The notes below the pieces were generated by a model. The model did not search any database, was not told the origin of the DNA, and saw only the letters and a list, made by a program, of their open reading frames with translations. 64,000 bases of DNA. It comes from Microthyrium microscopicum. Lineage: Eukaryota. The translations under genes and the position numbers were made by a program. The DNA lies in assembly GCA_010405405.1 (NCBI GenBank), contig MU004243.1, forward strand, positions 181,340-245,339, in the 5' to 3' direction. Positions 1 through 12,323 of this stretch are shown here, piece by piece. Numbering within the stretch: position 1 is the stretch's first letter; the number at the start of each line of letters is the position of its first letter.

Positions 1-1788
1 GCCTCAACTCTCACTACTCCTACCGATCATGCTAGCTCAACCGACCTTCAACTTAGCCATCGTAGAACCCCAATAGACGCCCGAAACATACTGCGCGACT
101 ACCGGAACGCTCCGGAGATAATCGAAGCTCAACGGCAACGTATCGCCCGCTTGACTGAAACTTGGCGCAACAGCATGGAGGAACAAGACGCCCGGGTTGG
201 AAGACTCAATCGAGTATTAGCACAACTTTCCAGCATACAGAATCGTCAGAGCACAATTGGAAATGAACAACCTCGGCGAAGCGCTCCATTTCCATTATGG
301 AATTCCACATCGGATCAGGGTCCAAGTTCGCGGGAATCTGCCAGTCAAGCAGAGATTCTCCGGATACAGCGGGAGAGTGCCGAGCGACAATCTGAGCTGA
401 TTCGCATTCAAAGAGATACGAGAGAAATGATGCGAATGCTAGCTTCAAATGCCGAAACGATGCATGAATTGGCTGAATCAGAACGGGCACTACGATCCGG
501 TATAACACAACGAGCTAATGTTTCTTCATCGTCGCACTCGGAGCGCGTAATAAGACAAGATAGTCGACGCCATCCTAGGTACTGGAGTCGCCATCGAGAA
601 CTTCTGACGAGGGCAGCGGAGCATGTAGAAGGAACTACTGGAGCAGACCAAGGAATGCAGACTGACTCCACCCCAGACCGAACCTACACTCGAAGTAGTT
701 CATCAAATCCTGAAGGGTATGGCCTAGCAACCCAACGCGCAATGTATGACCGGTCTTGTCAACGCGATGACTCTTACGAAATGATGTTCCAAACGGCTTT
801 TATGTACCTATCAAATCTACGACATGCTTCTAGTCAAGAAGATGGAGAATATCTTGCAAGGAGCGCTGGCTACGCACCCAAAGACTACCAAAACCCGAGT
901 TTTGTCTCAAATCTTGACTCTATAAAACGTCCTCAACCCTCATCTCTTTTGGAAAGCGGCGCCGAGTTTGGAGGATATCAATTCGCAGACAAAAAACATC
1001 CAGATTACACCACAAGCCAGTCCGCAAGGCACGACTACTCCTCCTCAACTACATATTCCTCATATACCTCCCGATCCTCTGGCATGAGCACAGCCATGAA
1101 TCCCTCCGTCATCGGTCCATGGGACAGCACCGCCAACCTAATAAATACAAACTTTCACCCGCCCGCCACTACAGACAGCTGGCCCGTCAAAGTCGTCGTC
1201 TACGATGTGGACTTTGACAAAATGACCCTCTCCGCCAGCATGGAAGCCTACAACGTACCGAACCCCGGCTCAGGTCCAACATCACCCACATCGCCCGCTT
1301 CCTTCGACGGCACACAGAAGAAGCCTATCACCACCTACCTTGAAGGCGAAATCATCGATCTCAAAATTCACACCTTCATCACCGAAAACTTTGCCTCCAC
1401 CATAAAACGCGATCTCACCCATTGGCGTAAACTGCCGCCCTTCAAAACGCACTCGCGGCATGAGCTGCCCGAGCGTCTTCTAAGTCGCGAGTTTCTGAAC
1501 GAGGTCAATAGCAAATATATCCTGATGCGCTGGAAAGAGCGCTGTTTTGTCAGTCATGCGTCGTCGAGCGGCATTTCAGGCGCTCCGCGCGGTACGGCTT
1601 CAAGGCCGGAGGATACGATGGAAGGCTGTGGCCTGACAATTAGTGGGTTTTATTATGTCAGTCTGCGGCGCTCGGATGGCCAGATCGATGGTCTGTACTG
1701 CGATCCGCACCCGCAGAGTACACCGTATCAGTATTTGAACCTACGGCGGCAGAAGCTGGGTGGGTTTGCGTCGTGGAAGTTTCGGTGA
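1..1788 (+). CDS. GID4/Vid24-family (vacuolar import and degradation) protein with long low-complexity N-terminus; 5'-truncated by the window
   Basis: Frame 1 is open from base 1 to the stop at 1788. C-terminal motifs ITTYLEGEIID, HWRKLPPF, YILMRWKERCFV and GLTISGFYYVSL match the Vid24/GID4 beta-barrel family. Confidence 0.85.
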   Translation, partial: ASTLTTPTDHASSTDLQLSHRRTPIDARNILRDYRNAPEIIEAQRQRIARLTETWRNSMEEQDARVGRLNRVLAQLSSIQNRQSTIGNEQPRRSAPFPLWNSTSDQGPSSRESASQAEILRIQRESAERQSELIRIQRDTREMMRMLASNAETMHELAESERALRSGITQRANVSSSSHSERVIRQDSRRHPRYWSRHRELLTRAAEHVEGTTGADQGMQTDSTPDRTYTRSSSSNPEGYGLATQRAMYDRSCQRDDSYEMMFQTAFMYLSNLRHASSQEDGEYLARSAGYAPKDYQNPSFVSNLDSIKRPQPSSLLESGAEFGGYQFADKKHPDYTTSQSARHDYSSSTTYSSYTSRSSGMSTAMNPSVIGPWDSTANLINTNFHPPATTDSWPVKVVVYDVDFDKMTLSASMEAYNVPNPGSGPTSPTSPASFDGTQKKPITTYLEGEIIDLKIHTFITENFASTIKRDLTHWRKLPPFKTHSRHELPERLLSREFLNEVNSKYILMRWKERCFVSHASSSGISGAPRGTASRPEDTMEGCGLTISGFYYVSLRRSDGQIDGLYCDPHPQSTPYQYLNLRRQKLGGFASWKFR

Positions 1789-2130
1789 TGTGAATCTTGG
1801 CGCAATCTAGGGTGATGATAGATGAAGATTACGACTCTTTATTCTTTTTGGGCACGAATGGATATGACTATTAGCATTGGCGGCGTTTTTGGGCATTTGT
1901 AGCAATGCAATGGGATGTTCTGGGTGTTGGAACCCACATGGTGTTTGTTTGTTTTGTGGATTGTATGTCCTATGGTATCTAACGATTGAGCGGCGTCGAA
2001 TATTGTCATGAAGCATATTATTGATTCCTATATTTTGGTGTCTGGTTGTAGTCTGTGAATTTGATTTGCCTACGCTTCTAGTGGATGGGTAGAAATATTG
2101 CACTTGGTTAGTAGAGAGCAGTTCTTATCC

Positions 2131-2460
2131 AGTGCGATATGTCTCATGAAGTGTCATGGAGAGTATAGAGTGCGAAATCCCCCATCGAGTGTGAATTTGT
2201 TCATCGGGGACGCTATCTGCCATCGATTTCGATATCTGCCATCGAGTGCAATATCTGCCATCGAGTGCGATATCTGCCATAGACTGCGATACCTGTCATT
2301 GAGTGTGATATCTGCCATCGAGTGCGTTGGGAATCAGCAAGTGCGATCTCTCTTACCAAGTGTGATCTCTCTTACCAAGTGTGATATATTCCATTGAGTG
2401 CGAACTCGACCATGAAGTGCGAACTTGACCATGAAGTGCGAACTTGACCATGAAGTGTCA
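2131..2460. repeat. 19-bp degenerate minisatellite, 17 full units in strict register
   Basis: Units start every 19 bp from 2131 (e.g. AGTGCGATATCTGCCATAG, AGTGTGATCTCTCTTACCA, AGTGCGAACTTGACCATGA). Confidence 0.9.
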
Positions 2461-3714
2461 TAATTCCAAGAAGGAAAGGTTTGTTCTCATAATTTTGAAC
2501 TCGATATGTTGGCACGGTTGGCAAACTTAACTTACATACTTCATCACGTAGAAGAAACCATAATCTAGTAGAAACTAGTCAAGCAAGATCTGACCGAAAA
2601 GCATTCAGATCAAGACAAGTCAAAATAAATTGCTAATCATTGAATAATTGTAACATTTCAAGCTTCTCCAATCCAATCCATCCACCGCCATCACCTCCGT
2701 ACCAAACCTTCCAGTCAAGAGGAAATAGTATGCAAGAGTGTATCATACCACACAGGAAGATTGTGCAGTCAAACTCAAGATTCTACTTCCCCCTCTTTCC
2801 ACTTAGAGTAGAATGAGGCTGACAGGGTTACACACACAGATGCAAAAAGGCTGTCCGAAAAGAGAAAACAAAAACGGGAAAAATACAGGTAATCTAGACT
2901 CTCATTGACGAACGAAAGGAACATTGCGTTTATTGAACATGAGAAGGCCAACCCAAGCCTTGCTCAAAGTTTCAATTGGTGTCCCGATCGTTCGTGTGAA
3001 GAGTGCTGTAAAAACCGCATATTACATCCACCCTGTTGTTCTCTTGACTTTTTGCTGGGATACCTGTGAGTCAAGTGTAGCAGGTAGAATTGAAAAGGCG
3101 AAATTTGATGGTGGATTGAATGGATTTGGAAGAGGCTGAAAGAGTAGAGATTTGCTTCGATCCATGGGATGATTGAGTAAGTGTGCTTGATATTCCGCTC
3201 CGAACAGTATCGCTAAAAACGGTTTCGTCTCTAAAGGATTGTACCAGAAACGCGCAATTCATTGGATGTAGTTCGTAGCCAATATGCTTCGCGCTTCGAA
3301 TTATGGAAAACGCAGTCGAAATCTGTTTGCGGGATGTGATGTGTTCGTAAAGCTGTTGTTGGTATTGATTATGCGGCCAACAACAGCCGAGTTTAAAAAG
3401 GTGGGTTTGTAAATATAGCGGAGAAGGTGATAAAAAGGGCCAGTTCCATTGGCTCGGGCATCGTAAGTAGGTCGTGAGAAAAAAAAGATGTCGAAATACT
3501 CGATGGGTGTGTCGAGTTTGAGTTGAAGAGGCGGAACGTGCCCAAGCCTTCCTAGCCACTGCGTTGATAGCGGGCTGTCCAACAAACAGATAAGAAACAG
3601 AGTAAAGAAAGGAGAATAAGCCAAATGATTAGATCGCTAGAAACGATCCTGTGTATTCCGGCTCGTTGATGCAAATCCAAAAGCCAAAAGGTATGTGGTT
3701 GGAAGTGGGTGAAG

Positions 3715-4905
3715 CTAAATGCTTCCCATGCGAAGCAATGCCTCAGCAGCTTCCCGTTCCTGTGGTGAACCACACTCCTGTTGCTGATGGATTGAAATGG
3801 ATCCCTGAACACCTTGCATGCGAAGTGATGACGAAAGAGATGATGAATAGACGCGGTGGAATGGCATAATACCGCCAGAGTAGCTCATGCTACGAGCAGC
3901 TTCGACGGTAAGCCCTGGCATAGATGTGTTGCGGAACTGGGGGCGAACATTGTGAGATTGGATGGAGCTGATACTTGGACGTCCAAGCGAAGAGACATGT
4001 GAGCCTCGGCGAGAGGCATATGAGGGCTGGTAGGAGCCAGCGAGGAGGGCTTCAGCGCCAATGTCCCAGTCTTCTTCGTCAGTGACATCGCTATCATCCG
4101 GAGGTTGGATGACTGGGATGCTTCTTCGGTGAGGCTCGTCGTACTCGTGGCCATCCAAAGACATCTTATCAGCCTCATGCTCCGAGACGTGATCATGGTC
4201 CTCTGATGGTGAGAGGAGAGGTGACTGTAATTGTCTAGCTTTTCGACCGGTGCGCTGACGAGTGCCGTAAGGAGCAGCAATTGCGCTAATTGAAGCTGAT
4301 GTCGCGTCATCCTGTTGCTCCTGGCCAGAAGTTTCCCGGGGTGGATCGTCACGGTACCGGGCGTCCCATCGGCCCCAGCCAACCTTCTCAAAGACAACGT
4401 CGCCATTGATTCCCCCTCCTGCACGTCCCTCCAATGCAGCCACACATATTCTCCGTGCCTTTGCTGGTGGAATCCGAGCCCATCCTGGAACAGTTTGTGT
4501 CAGGTGAGCCAGGACAAAGCGAATTGCCAATGGTCCGTTGTGTAGTAAGATCTCCGGAAGATGATGCTTGGCGAGCAAAGCCGGAGTAATAGCTCCAGCT
4601 GCTTCGATTCCGGACAGGGCCTCGGTGGAGAGCCCTTGAGCATCGTCTCCAGCATCGTGGAGATCAATGTCAGACTCGATGGTCTGCAGGTTGCCGACCG
4701 CGCGAGTGGATGGCGAGCGACCCTTGTGGGGCGGGAGAGTAGGGGATAGAGAATTAGGGGGAGTAGGAAGACCTCCACGATGCTTGGAGGACGGTAAGGA
4801 CTGAAGGTTTGCCGGATGGCCTGCATCCCGGGCTTTCTGTATGCTCGGAGCCTGAGCCAGCGCAGCGGCCAGGCTGGAAATGGGCTTCGCAGAGACGGGA
4901 GCCAT
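3715..4905 (-). CDS. STB3: Stb3-like Sin3-binding protein
   Basis: Single 396-aa ORF with ITPALLAKHHLPEILLHNGPLAIR...VVFEKVGWGRW and C-terminal EREAAEALLRM. Confidence 0.85.
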   Translation of the reverse strand: MAPVSAKPISSLAAALAQAPSIQKARDAGHPANLQSLPSSKHRGGLPTPPNSLSPTLPPHKGRSPSTRAVGNLQTIESDIDLHDAGDDAQGLSTEALSGIEAAGAITPALLAKHHLPEILLHNGPLAIRFVLAHLTQTVPGWARIPPAKARRICVAALEGRAGGGINGDVVFEKVGWGRWDARYRDDPPRETSGQEQQDDATSASISAIAAPYGTRQRTGRKARQLQSPLLSPSEDHDHVSEHEADKMSLDGHEYDEPHRRSIPVIQPPDDSDVTDEEDWDIGAEALLAGSYQPSYASRRGSHVSSLGRPSISSIQSHNVRPQFRNTSMPGLTVEAARSMSYSGGIMPFHRVYSSSLSSSLRMQGVQGSISIHQQQECGSPQEREAAEALLRMGSI

Positions 4906-6833
4906 GCTGGGTAGAATGGTCGAGTATGCGGGAATTTAGAAGTAGAAGAAGTCGTTTATTACAAGTAGATAGATCTAGAGCAGACGGATGTTAGTATTGG
5001 TTGGGATATGGTGTTGGTTGTTGGTGAAAGGTTTGGGGGGATTGGGGGAACTGGGAAGAAACGTACAGTTGCACTGTGTGTTTACGAAAAATCACGGTGG
5101 TTGCAATGGAATTAGAAAGAGTAGGAGCGAATGCGCGAAAGGCCGAAATAGGAAAGAAGGCCTCGTGAAAGAGTAGAGAATTGGGAAGGCACGACGGTCA
5201 ATGACGGCGCGTTGGAGTTTGGCAGGTACGAAGCGTGGGATTTGTTGGCAGACAAGGCAGGCAGCACTATCTCTAACAACAATCGGGCGATGCGACTGCA
5301 ATTAAGAGCAACAACAACGACGTGTCTGGCAGAATAAAGAAGAAATAAGGGAATATGGAGTATGCAGCAAAGAAGAAAAAGGTCGTAGGGTCTCAAAATT
5401 GGTTGTTGGTATATTGGTATTGTGTGTGTTGGTTGATGGAGGAGAGAGAAGGAGGAGGAGAAGGCCGGCCGCAGCTTGGGGGCGTTGTGGGTTGAAGAGG
5501 AGTCAGACTGGGCCAAACAGCCCACCCTTGTCACTTCACTCGCTCCAGAGTGCAATGGTGCTTGCAAGCTCCAAGATTCCTCTAAAGAGACAGACGGACA
5601 GACATCAGAGCAGCAGCCTTAGCAAGCAGCTCACACGCACCACCAGTGGAACAAAGACCACACCACCTGCTTGCTTGAGTGGGAGGGCAAACGGCCGCAT
5701 GGGGGCCACCCAATACCTCCCAGAGTCCCAGAGTCCCAGAGTCCCAGTTCATCCATTATCCATGTCAGACACTCTCACACAATGTGCCAGTAGCTGGCCA
5801 CCATCTTGATTCTCAGTCACCGACTCAGCGAATCGTCCTCTACACGTTTTGTCCGCTTTGGGTCATGCGCCTGCTGACAGATCTCTCAATCTTCCAGCCT
5901 GTCCTTGACAATCCCTTGGACATTCCCATGCCTCGTCATCTCGTTATCCAATAGGTGCTCAATCCTCACATGAACCAGCCGTAAAACCGGAACGAACGCT
6001 TCTCCTGTTCGCGGTACCACAGCTGAATCATAGATAGCAGCACGCTATTCCTGAATCCTCCTTGTACTGCTTTAGTGTCGCGCACAAATAACCAAAAATT
6101 ATACACCATATAACATTGCCAGAATTGCCCCTAGCATCGAAGATCCAAAGTCTGGACTTTATCTATCATCGCACTCTGGTGCAGTTCAAGTGGCGCCAAG
6201 CCATGAACCGATAACAAAAAGCAGCCAACGACGCTTCAAGGCCACACGGCCACTCTGTCCAGTCCTGCATCCCACTCAATCAAGACCTTGTCGCAAACCA
6301 CATAACCAAAAGTAGCGCAAAACATAAAAAGACCACACAATGACCACAACAATTGACCCAAATATCTCTCAAATATCTCCACATTGACTCCGACAACGGC
6401 ACTCTTAAACCTGTACCACCGTCGGTCTCTCCAGCTCCATCGTGACAGAAACCACCCACCAGCATCGCTATCAAGCAGCATGTTTTGCGCTCGTCCTATG
6501 ATTGGTTAATTTATGGGCCTGTAATCTTTCTAGCTTGGGCTCGGCCTGCAGCTGAAGATTGCGCAAATGGGGAGCGTTAGCAAACATCTTCCGAACATTT
6601 TTGAACTTTGAGCAGCTTTTGAAAACGGTATCCGAAGCCAAAAACTAAACTATATTAGGCCTTAGCTCAAGCCTCATTAGCTTAGCGTAAGCCTCAATCT
6701 TTTTTAGAACGAAGTCAAGCTAAGCTAGCTGAAAGATATAAGCCAATCGTAATCAAAGGCTAAGAAGAATAGTCCATGCTAGTCCATAGAAGGCTAGAAA
6801 ACGCCCTTCCCGGGGCTAAAAGTCTGCTCAAAT

Positions 6834-6876
6834 GCTGCTCCAAGGCCTTGAGCTGAGCTCAAGGCCTAGGAGCAGC
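6834..6876. repeat. Near-perfect 43-bp palindrome
   Basis: GCTGCTCCAAGGCCTTGAGCT-G-AGCTCAAGGCCTAGGAGCAGC: 21-bp arms, one mismatch, 1-nt centre. Confidence 0.85.
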
Positions 6877-8172
6877 TTTTTGGCAGGTTAACTTCTTTAG
6901 GAAGGGATCAAACATACCGGAAAACTCCGAGGTAGCAGGATTTGAGCAGCTAACCCTCCCCAATCCCGTTATTGCGCACAGCTTGTTTGGCGTTTCGGCC
7001 ACCGACGCGGGCGCCGTCATCAAGCCCCATTTTCCCACAACCTGCTTTTGAGCTTTTGCTGTCCGACTTCCCATCAAAGCTCAGAACTGCACCACGAGAT
7101 CCACAGATGCAGTGTGCTTTCCTCGGGCCAAAACTCCTAGATGCTTGCTTTGCTAACTTCTAGTCCCGCGGCTCTTAGGAGAGGTGGTGAAATCATAGTA
7201 CAGCTAGGAATATCTGGAGGTTTCAAGGGTTTCAGCACTTTATGGAATCCCATAATAGTTTCCTCGGTAGTGATCATTTGATGTGTGATTTGACCAGACT
7301 GATATATGCTATTTCGACACCTATTCCTCTCAGGTAGTTGGTGGCATACACACCCATCTTGTTCGCCATCAAGAACAAGAACCTCATAATTTTACGCGCT
7401 TCAGTGTGCGTGAACTGAACAGACTAGTGTGCTATCTCTTGATCAAATAAACCAGGCCACCGGGTAATAACTAACCCAGCACTTTGAGACCATTCGTCAA
7501 TTATCCGTTCATGCCCGTATGATAGCTAGAAGGGGGGACAAAGCACTTGAGCCCCGCATTTCTCCTATCAGATTATCTGTCTGCATAACTCCCTTGGCCC
7601 AGGGCACCTTAGTCGTCTGATCTGGAGCTCGAGATTAATGCACGATAACTTTCGGAAGAACAATGCTTGCTCAATCCCACCCACGTTGTTCGGACCGTTG
7701 GCCCCACTCGCAGCTCTTTTTCCGGCCTTTTCAAATTGTGCTGTCGTTTTGGTAAGCTTTGTTATAAAGCCCCCATAAGGTCGTAGGGGAAAAGTAAAAG
7801 GTAGTCAGGCCGGTATCTCGCGTCCGTGGAGCTTGCTGGTGTACGTTCTAACGGGTTGATATTGCTCCATGTGGCCGTGGACGATGCAGGTTCAACCCCG
7901 CATTTCTTGGTGTCCCAGGGGTTTGTTTACGGCTCGCTTTAAAGAGTTGGATACAACCTCTCCTTGGCATTGATCATCTGCTGAGACTTGAGTGTTCGTC
8001 TTTTAAGAGCTATATGTACCTAGGTATACTTGGGTGATTCTTACCATAGACTCTGCCCAGCTTCCGGGTTTAAGAATGAGTGCTTTAGGGTGCTGGTATG
8101 CTTCAATGGCCCAGATATACTGCATGGAGTCCGTTTAGGCGTGGAGAGAAGATAAATATCGCCTTCGTCCAC

Positions 8173-10566
8173 TCAGGATCCGTTGGAACGTTCCGGCTCA
8201 ACAATGTACTTGTTCACAGCCTATTCAGAAAGGTGTCAGCATCCTATTCGTCAACATTTCACCAAGCAGGTACCACTCACAGCTTTCAAAACCGACATTT
8301 GATCTTTGGTACGCATATATACTGCTCGATATCGTTCAATGTTTTCCTGCACCACATCGTTGCGCGTTCGCTGGCCATCACAGATAGCTTTCATCTGAAG
8401 CTCCATCTAACGTCACAATTAGTGAGGAGTTTCTTGGTAGCTGACAGCAGAGTTTGTGATAACCATACCTCCTTTCTCAGAAAGGGTTTGCTCAGACTCG
8501 TGGAGAAGTTAAGATTCTCGTAGCCTTCAATTAGAGCAATGCCCAAGGTCGTGGGCACAAACTCCTCCACACCTCTAGTTGCTCCACGAGCACTTGCAGT
8601 TGCGCCGCCCCGGCCTCCGCGTCCTCGGCCACGAGCACCACCTCGTCCTCGAGTAGCAGGTGCCGTGTCACCCTCATCTGATGCGGCTGCTAAGCGGCCG
8701 GCAGCCGTTGCTGGTCGAGACTCGACGTAGTTGCGCTCCTTGATCTTGGAAATGTGCTCTGCCATTGTGGCATCTGTGCCAATGCCATTCTTGTCCATGA
8801 GGGTAATCAGTTCCGGTTCAGTAATATAGTGAGGTGGGCTGGTTTTTCCTTCTGTCATTTTCGCTTCTGTAGGGATGAACGTCTCCCCAACCTGGTACTC
8901 AGGCAGTTGTTGGCTGTCCTCCCACTTTTCATAGGGATAGACTTCGAGGTAGTTTCGATGGAGCACAATGAGACCAGTGGCATTGAATATCTCAGCGCCG
9001 TAGTCAATCGCAACAGTGGTTTTCTCGCCTTTAGCATCATCAGAGCAACAGGCAAGGAAGCGACGAACGACGAATTCGTACACTTTTTGTTCTTCATGGC
9101 TAAGTGTACTCTTTTCGACATAGTTGACCGGGTGGATCGGAGGATGAGCTTTATCATTGTGTGTCCCGCGACGAGGTTGGCGAAAGTTTCCGTTCACGAG
9201 ACTATGAGTGTAAGCAAAGAAGTGTTAGGATTTGTAGACACATACCCTTGAGCATGCGGTCCCCATTCTCTACTCTGAGTCTGTTTCTGACAAAGTGCCT
9301 GACAGTTGATTTCGCGATCGAATTGATCAGTCTCAGTTCTTGGGTAGCTGATCCAACCCTTCTGATATAAACCTTCGGCGACCTAAACCATTAGTGAATT
9401 GCTTGACACTCCTTGTGTTATTTACTTACAGCCATCACACGGGAACTGTTCATTTGAAGGAATCTGCTGCCGTTCTTCTGTAGCTCTACTGTCGTTAAAG
9501 GCAATGGTCTCCATTTGCTGGTCGGCTTCCGTTCCATCTTGATAACTTTGGCAAATTTTGCATTCAAGCATCTCTCGAATAGCAGAACAACAGCCATGCG
9601 ATCGAAAAGGTGGCCTCTGACCCAGTTGAAGTTGACTGTAATTGGACGTTGGTCTGGTTTCTTATTCTTTTCATCTTCTTTCTTGTGGGTAATCTTTATA
9701 CTCCAGAAGGGCTCAGGTACAAAGTTTTTGACACGGAGGTATTGATTGACAACAAATCCGAGGGTAGGAAACTGACAAGAGCCTGCATAAATATCAGCAA
9801 GTAATAAGCAGATGCAACGGAATCTATTACCATAACTGATTATGCCAAGCTCCGGGTCGACAGCCTTGATCATATCCTGTAAACTCAGTGTCAAGACTCT
9901 TGTGAACGCGGCGCCTGTTCTAAGATCTAGTTCCATTCTTGATTCAATGGCATTGACCTGATTGTCGTCCAATAACAATGGATTATTTGCAGCTTGAATG
10001 ATGTGCCTACACGAATTTAGTCCTGTGTCTACAAGGCCGGCATGATTCTTCTCACGTTCGCTCGATATTGCTGAAATGCGCCCTCTTGATCTCTATCCGT
10101 GGATTTGCACTCAGAGCAATTTGACGTATTTCGGCTCCAATGTTCTCGCCCTCGCGGTCACAATCGGTCCATATGTAAAGAATGCTGCATCGCTGTGCAT
10201 GTTGCTTGATGTTGTTGGCAATAGGTTGATTCTTTTCGTCTATACTTTTCTCAATCGGGGCTTCGAACAGGTCCCAAGGATCAGTGTTGTTCCAATTCTT
10301 AAAGCGCGATGGGAACTCTTGTTGCATGATATGGCCGGAGACAGCGGTGAAAACAACGCTACTAGGCCCCCATGAATTATTAAACGTATAGTCGAAACTA
10401 TAGTTCTTCACATATTGCGTTCCTCGAATATTTCCCTGGTCAATTTAGGCAGAGCACATGCAACAGAAACAGTACTCACCGTCTGATATTGGCCTCCCAA
10501 ATGACCTGCGACGGCTTTTGAGATGGAGTTTTTCTCCGCTACGCAGAGAATGCGTCGCACTACCAT
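8173..10566 (-). CDS. TOP3: DNA topoisomerase III (type IA), multi-exon
   Basis: Spliced reading starts MVVRRILCVAEKNS at 10566. Toprim IWTDCDREGENIG, CQFPTLGFVV, catalytic GWISYPRTETDQF (~9320-9360) and GIGTDAT are present. GT-AG introns (e.g. 10436-10479); the last exon ends ...PERSNGS-TGA at 8173. Confidence 0.95.
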
Positions 10567-10663
10567 CTTCAAGTCCGACAGCTGAACGAAAGGAAACTGA
10601 AATCATATTCACTCTGGATTGTGGAGTGGCAGTGGACTCGAGACGCGATATTGGGTCGAGGTT

Positions 10664-10669
10664 ACGCGT
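10664..10669. promoter_or_regulatory. MCB-like ACGCGT site in the ~380-bp divergent TOP3/DUF1295 promoter
   Basis: Exact ACGCGT ~100 bp upstream of the TOP3 ATG, with further CGCG cores nearby. Function is inferred from the MBF consensus only. Confidence 0.35.
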
Positions 10670-10945
10670 CGCTGACCAAAATGGAAGGCGTAGCCTGTAT
10701 TGAAAACGCGCTATCACGTGGCTTGCTTCGTATCCAGCAGGCATGATTAGATACCAATACGAAATACGGAGGCGCGCGTCAATCCCTGATTTCTGAAGCA
10801 AGCGCGCTTGATCGCACTGTTTTAACTGGGGCTATCCCCGACTCCCGTGTTTACCTTCCAGTGACATCAACACTTTTCCTATCCACACTTCGTCCAATTC
10901 TCTTCTCTAGCGACCAAGTGTTTCTTAGTCGGAGCTATCATCACT

Positions 10946-12081
10946 ATGGCTCTTCCAGGAGCTCCCGCGATCAAAGCCCTGTCAGACAGCGCCAGCTGGG
11001 CTGTCTCTGCTCGACCATATGTTGTTGCTCAACTTCCAACGTTGGCAAACAAGACCTGGGATGCGGCCACGACCTCTCTTAATGCGCTTCATCTTTTATA
11101 TGTCGACACCAATCCATTCGTGCTAGGCCTTGGTTTCTCTATCGCCGCTGGAGCGGTATTTTTCGTCCTCGCTGAGATCAACAAGAATTATTCACAAGTC
11201 GATCGCATGTGGAGCATTCTCCCTGCCTTTTACATTTTACATTTCAATATATGGGCTCGTCAGTCAGGCATTCCGCATGCACGCCTCGACCTTGCGGTTC
11301 TATGGTCTGCTATCTGGAGCGTGCGATTGACGTACAATTTCTGGCGCAAGGGTGGATACACTATTGGCCATGAGGATTATCGCTGGCCTATAATCAAGGA
11401 GCAAATTGGTCCAGTTGCAATGAGTATATTTGATCTTACCTTCATCTCCTTCGGTCAGAGCGTAAGTACACATTATGGGAACACCCGTCGTGCATTTTGC
11501 TAACTTGATCAAGGTTTTGTTGTTCATGGTCGCTTCTCCAGCATACATATTACTCCTTACGTCTCGTATTGAGCCAGAGCTCACTCTTCCCGATATAATT
11601 TTCACGTCTATGATCCTCGTCTCAATAGTCATCGAGACTGTCGCTGATCAGCAACAATGGAGTATGTGTCCATATTACCGATTGCTAGTTATAATCACTA
11701 ATACGTGACGCAGATTACCAAAATGCCAAACACGCCTATCTCAAGTCCGCCAAGTTGCCACACAATAGTCAATATACTCAGGAGGATCTGGACCGCGGCT
11801 TTGTAGTTTCGGGTCTTTGGTCTTGGTCACGTCACCCAAATCTTGCCTGTGAAATGTTCAACTGGATCACTCTCTACCAGTGGGCAGGATTCACTTCCCA
11901 CTCAATACTCAACTGGACCATATTTGGAACCATTGCCTACGTCTTGATCTTCATTGGCAGTGCTCCACTCACGGAACGAATTAGTTCAGGCAAATACCCC
12001 CAATACAAAGAATATCAGCAGCTGGTTGGCAAATTCCTGCCAAGCCTTCTTGGAGGATTCCGCAAGTCCAAGGCCGACTAA
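10946..12081 (+). CDS. DUF1295 / steroid 5-alpha-reductase-like membrane protein, 3 exons
   Basis: Motifs NYSQVDRMWSILP, RLTYNFWRKGGY..EDYRW, ETVADQQQW, GLWSWSRHPN and KYPQYKEYQ. Introns start at ~11462 and ~11662. Confidence 0.9.
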
Positions 12082-12323
12082 TTCTACACATAGTCACAAG
12101 TTTGATCACGATGATCACTGCATATAGCTATCTGAGTCCCAGCTTTGTGTACTTTTTTTGAGGATACTCACTTTTTTTATGTAGCAATTGAGCCGGTAGT
12201 CAACCTTATTCAGGCGCCTTAATTTATGTCAAACCTCTAATCTCAAGCTACTCAGCCCATATCCTTCCAAGTCTGGCCGTGGAATAAGTTTGAGTTACAG
12301 AAGTGTACCAGTGTGAAATTTGC

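Noticed and set aside
2131..2460. CRISPR-like appearance (constant start plus variable remainder)
   Set aside because: Eukaryotic context, the 19-bp period is too short, the variable parts are related to each other, and there are no cas genes.
5718..5746. (CCCAGAGT) repeated about 3.5 times
   Set aside because: Ordinary short tandem repeat with no further structure.
7460..7910. Possible telomerase RNA, RNase MRP or tRNA-like structure (CTAACCC, CCGGCCT/AGGCCGG pairing, GGTTCAACCCC hairpin, GGGGCTCA on minus)
   Set aside because: The template-like match is only 7 nt, no MRP CR-I motif or tRNA D/anticodon arms were found, and the repeated CCCCGCATTTCT (7552, 7896) fits CreA/Mig1 sites better. 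An Infernal search would be needed to exclude it fully.
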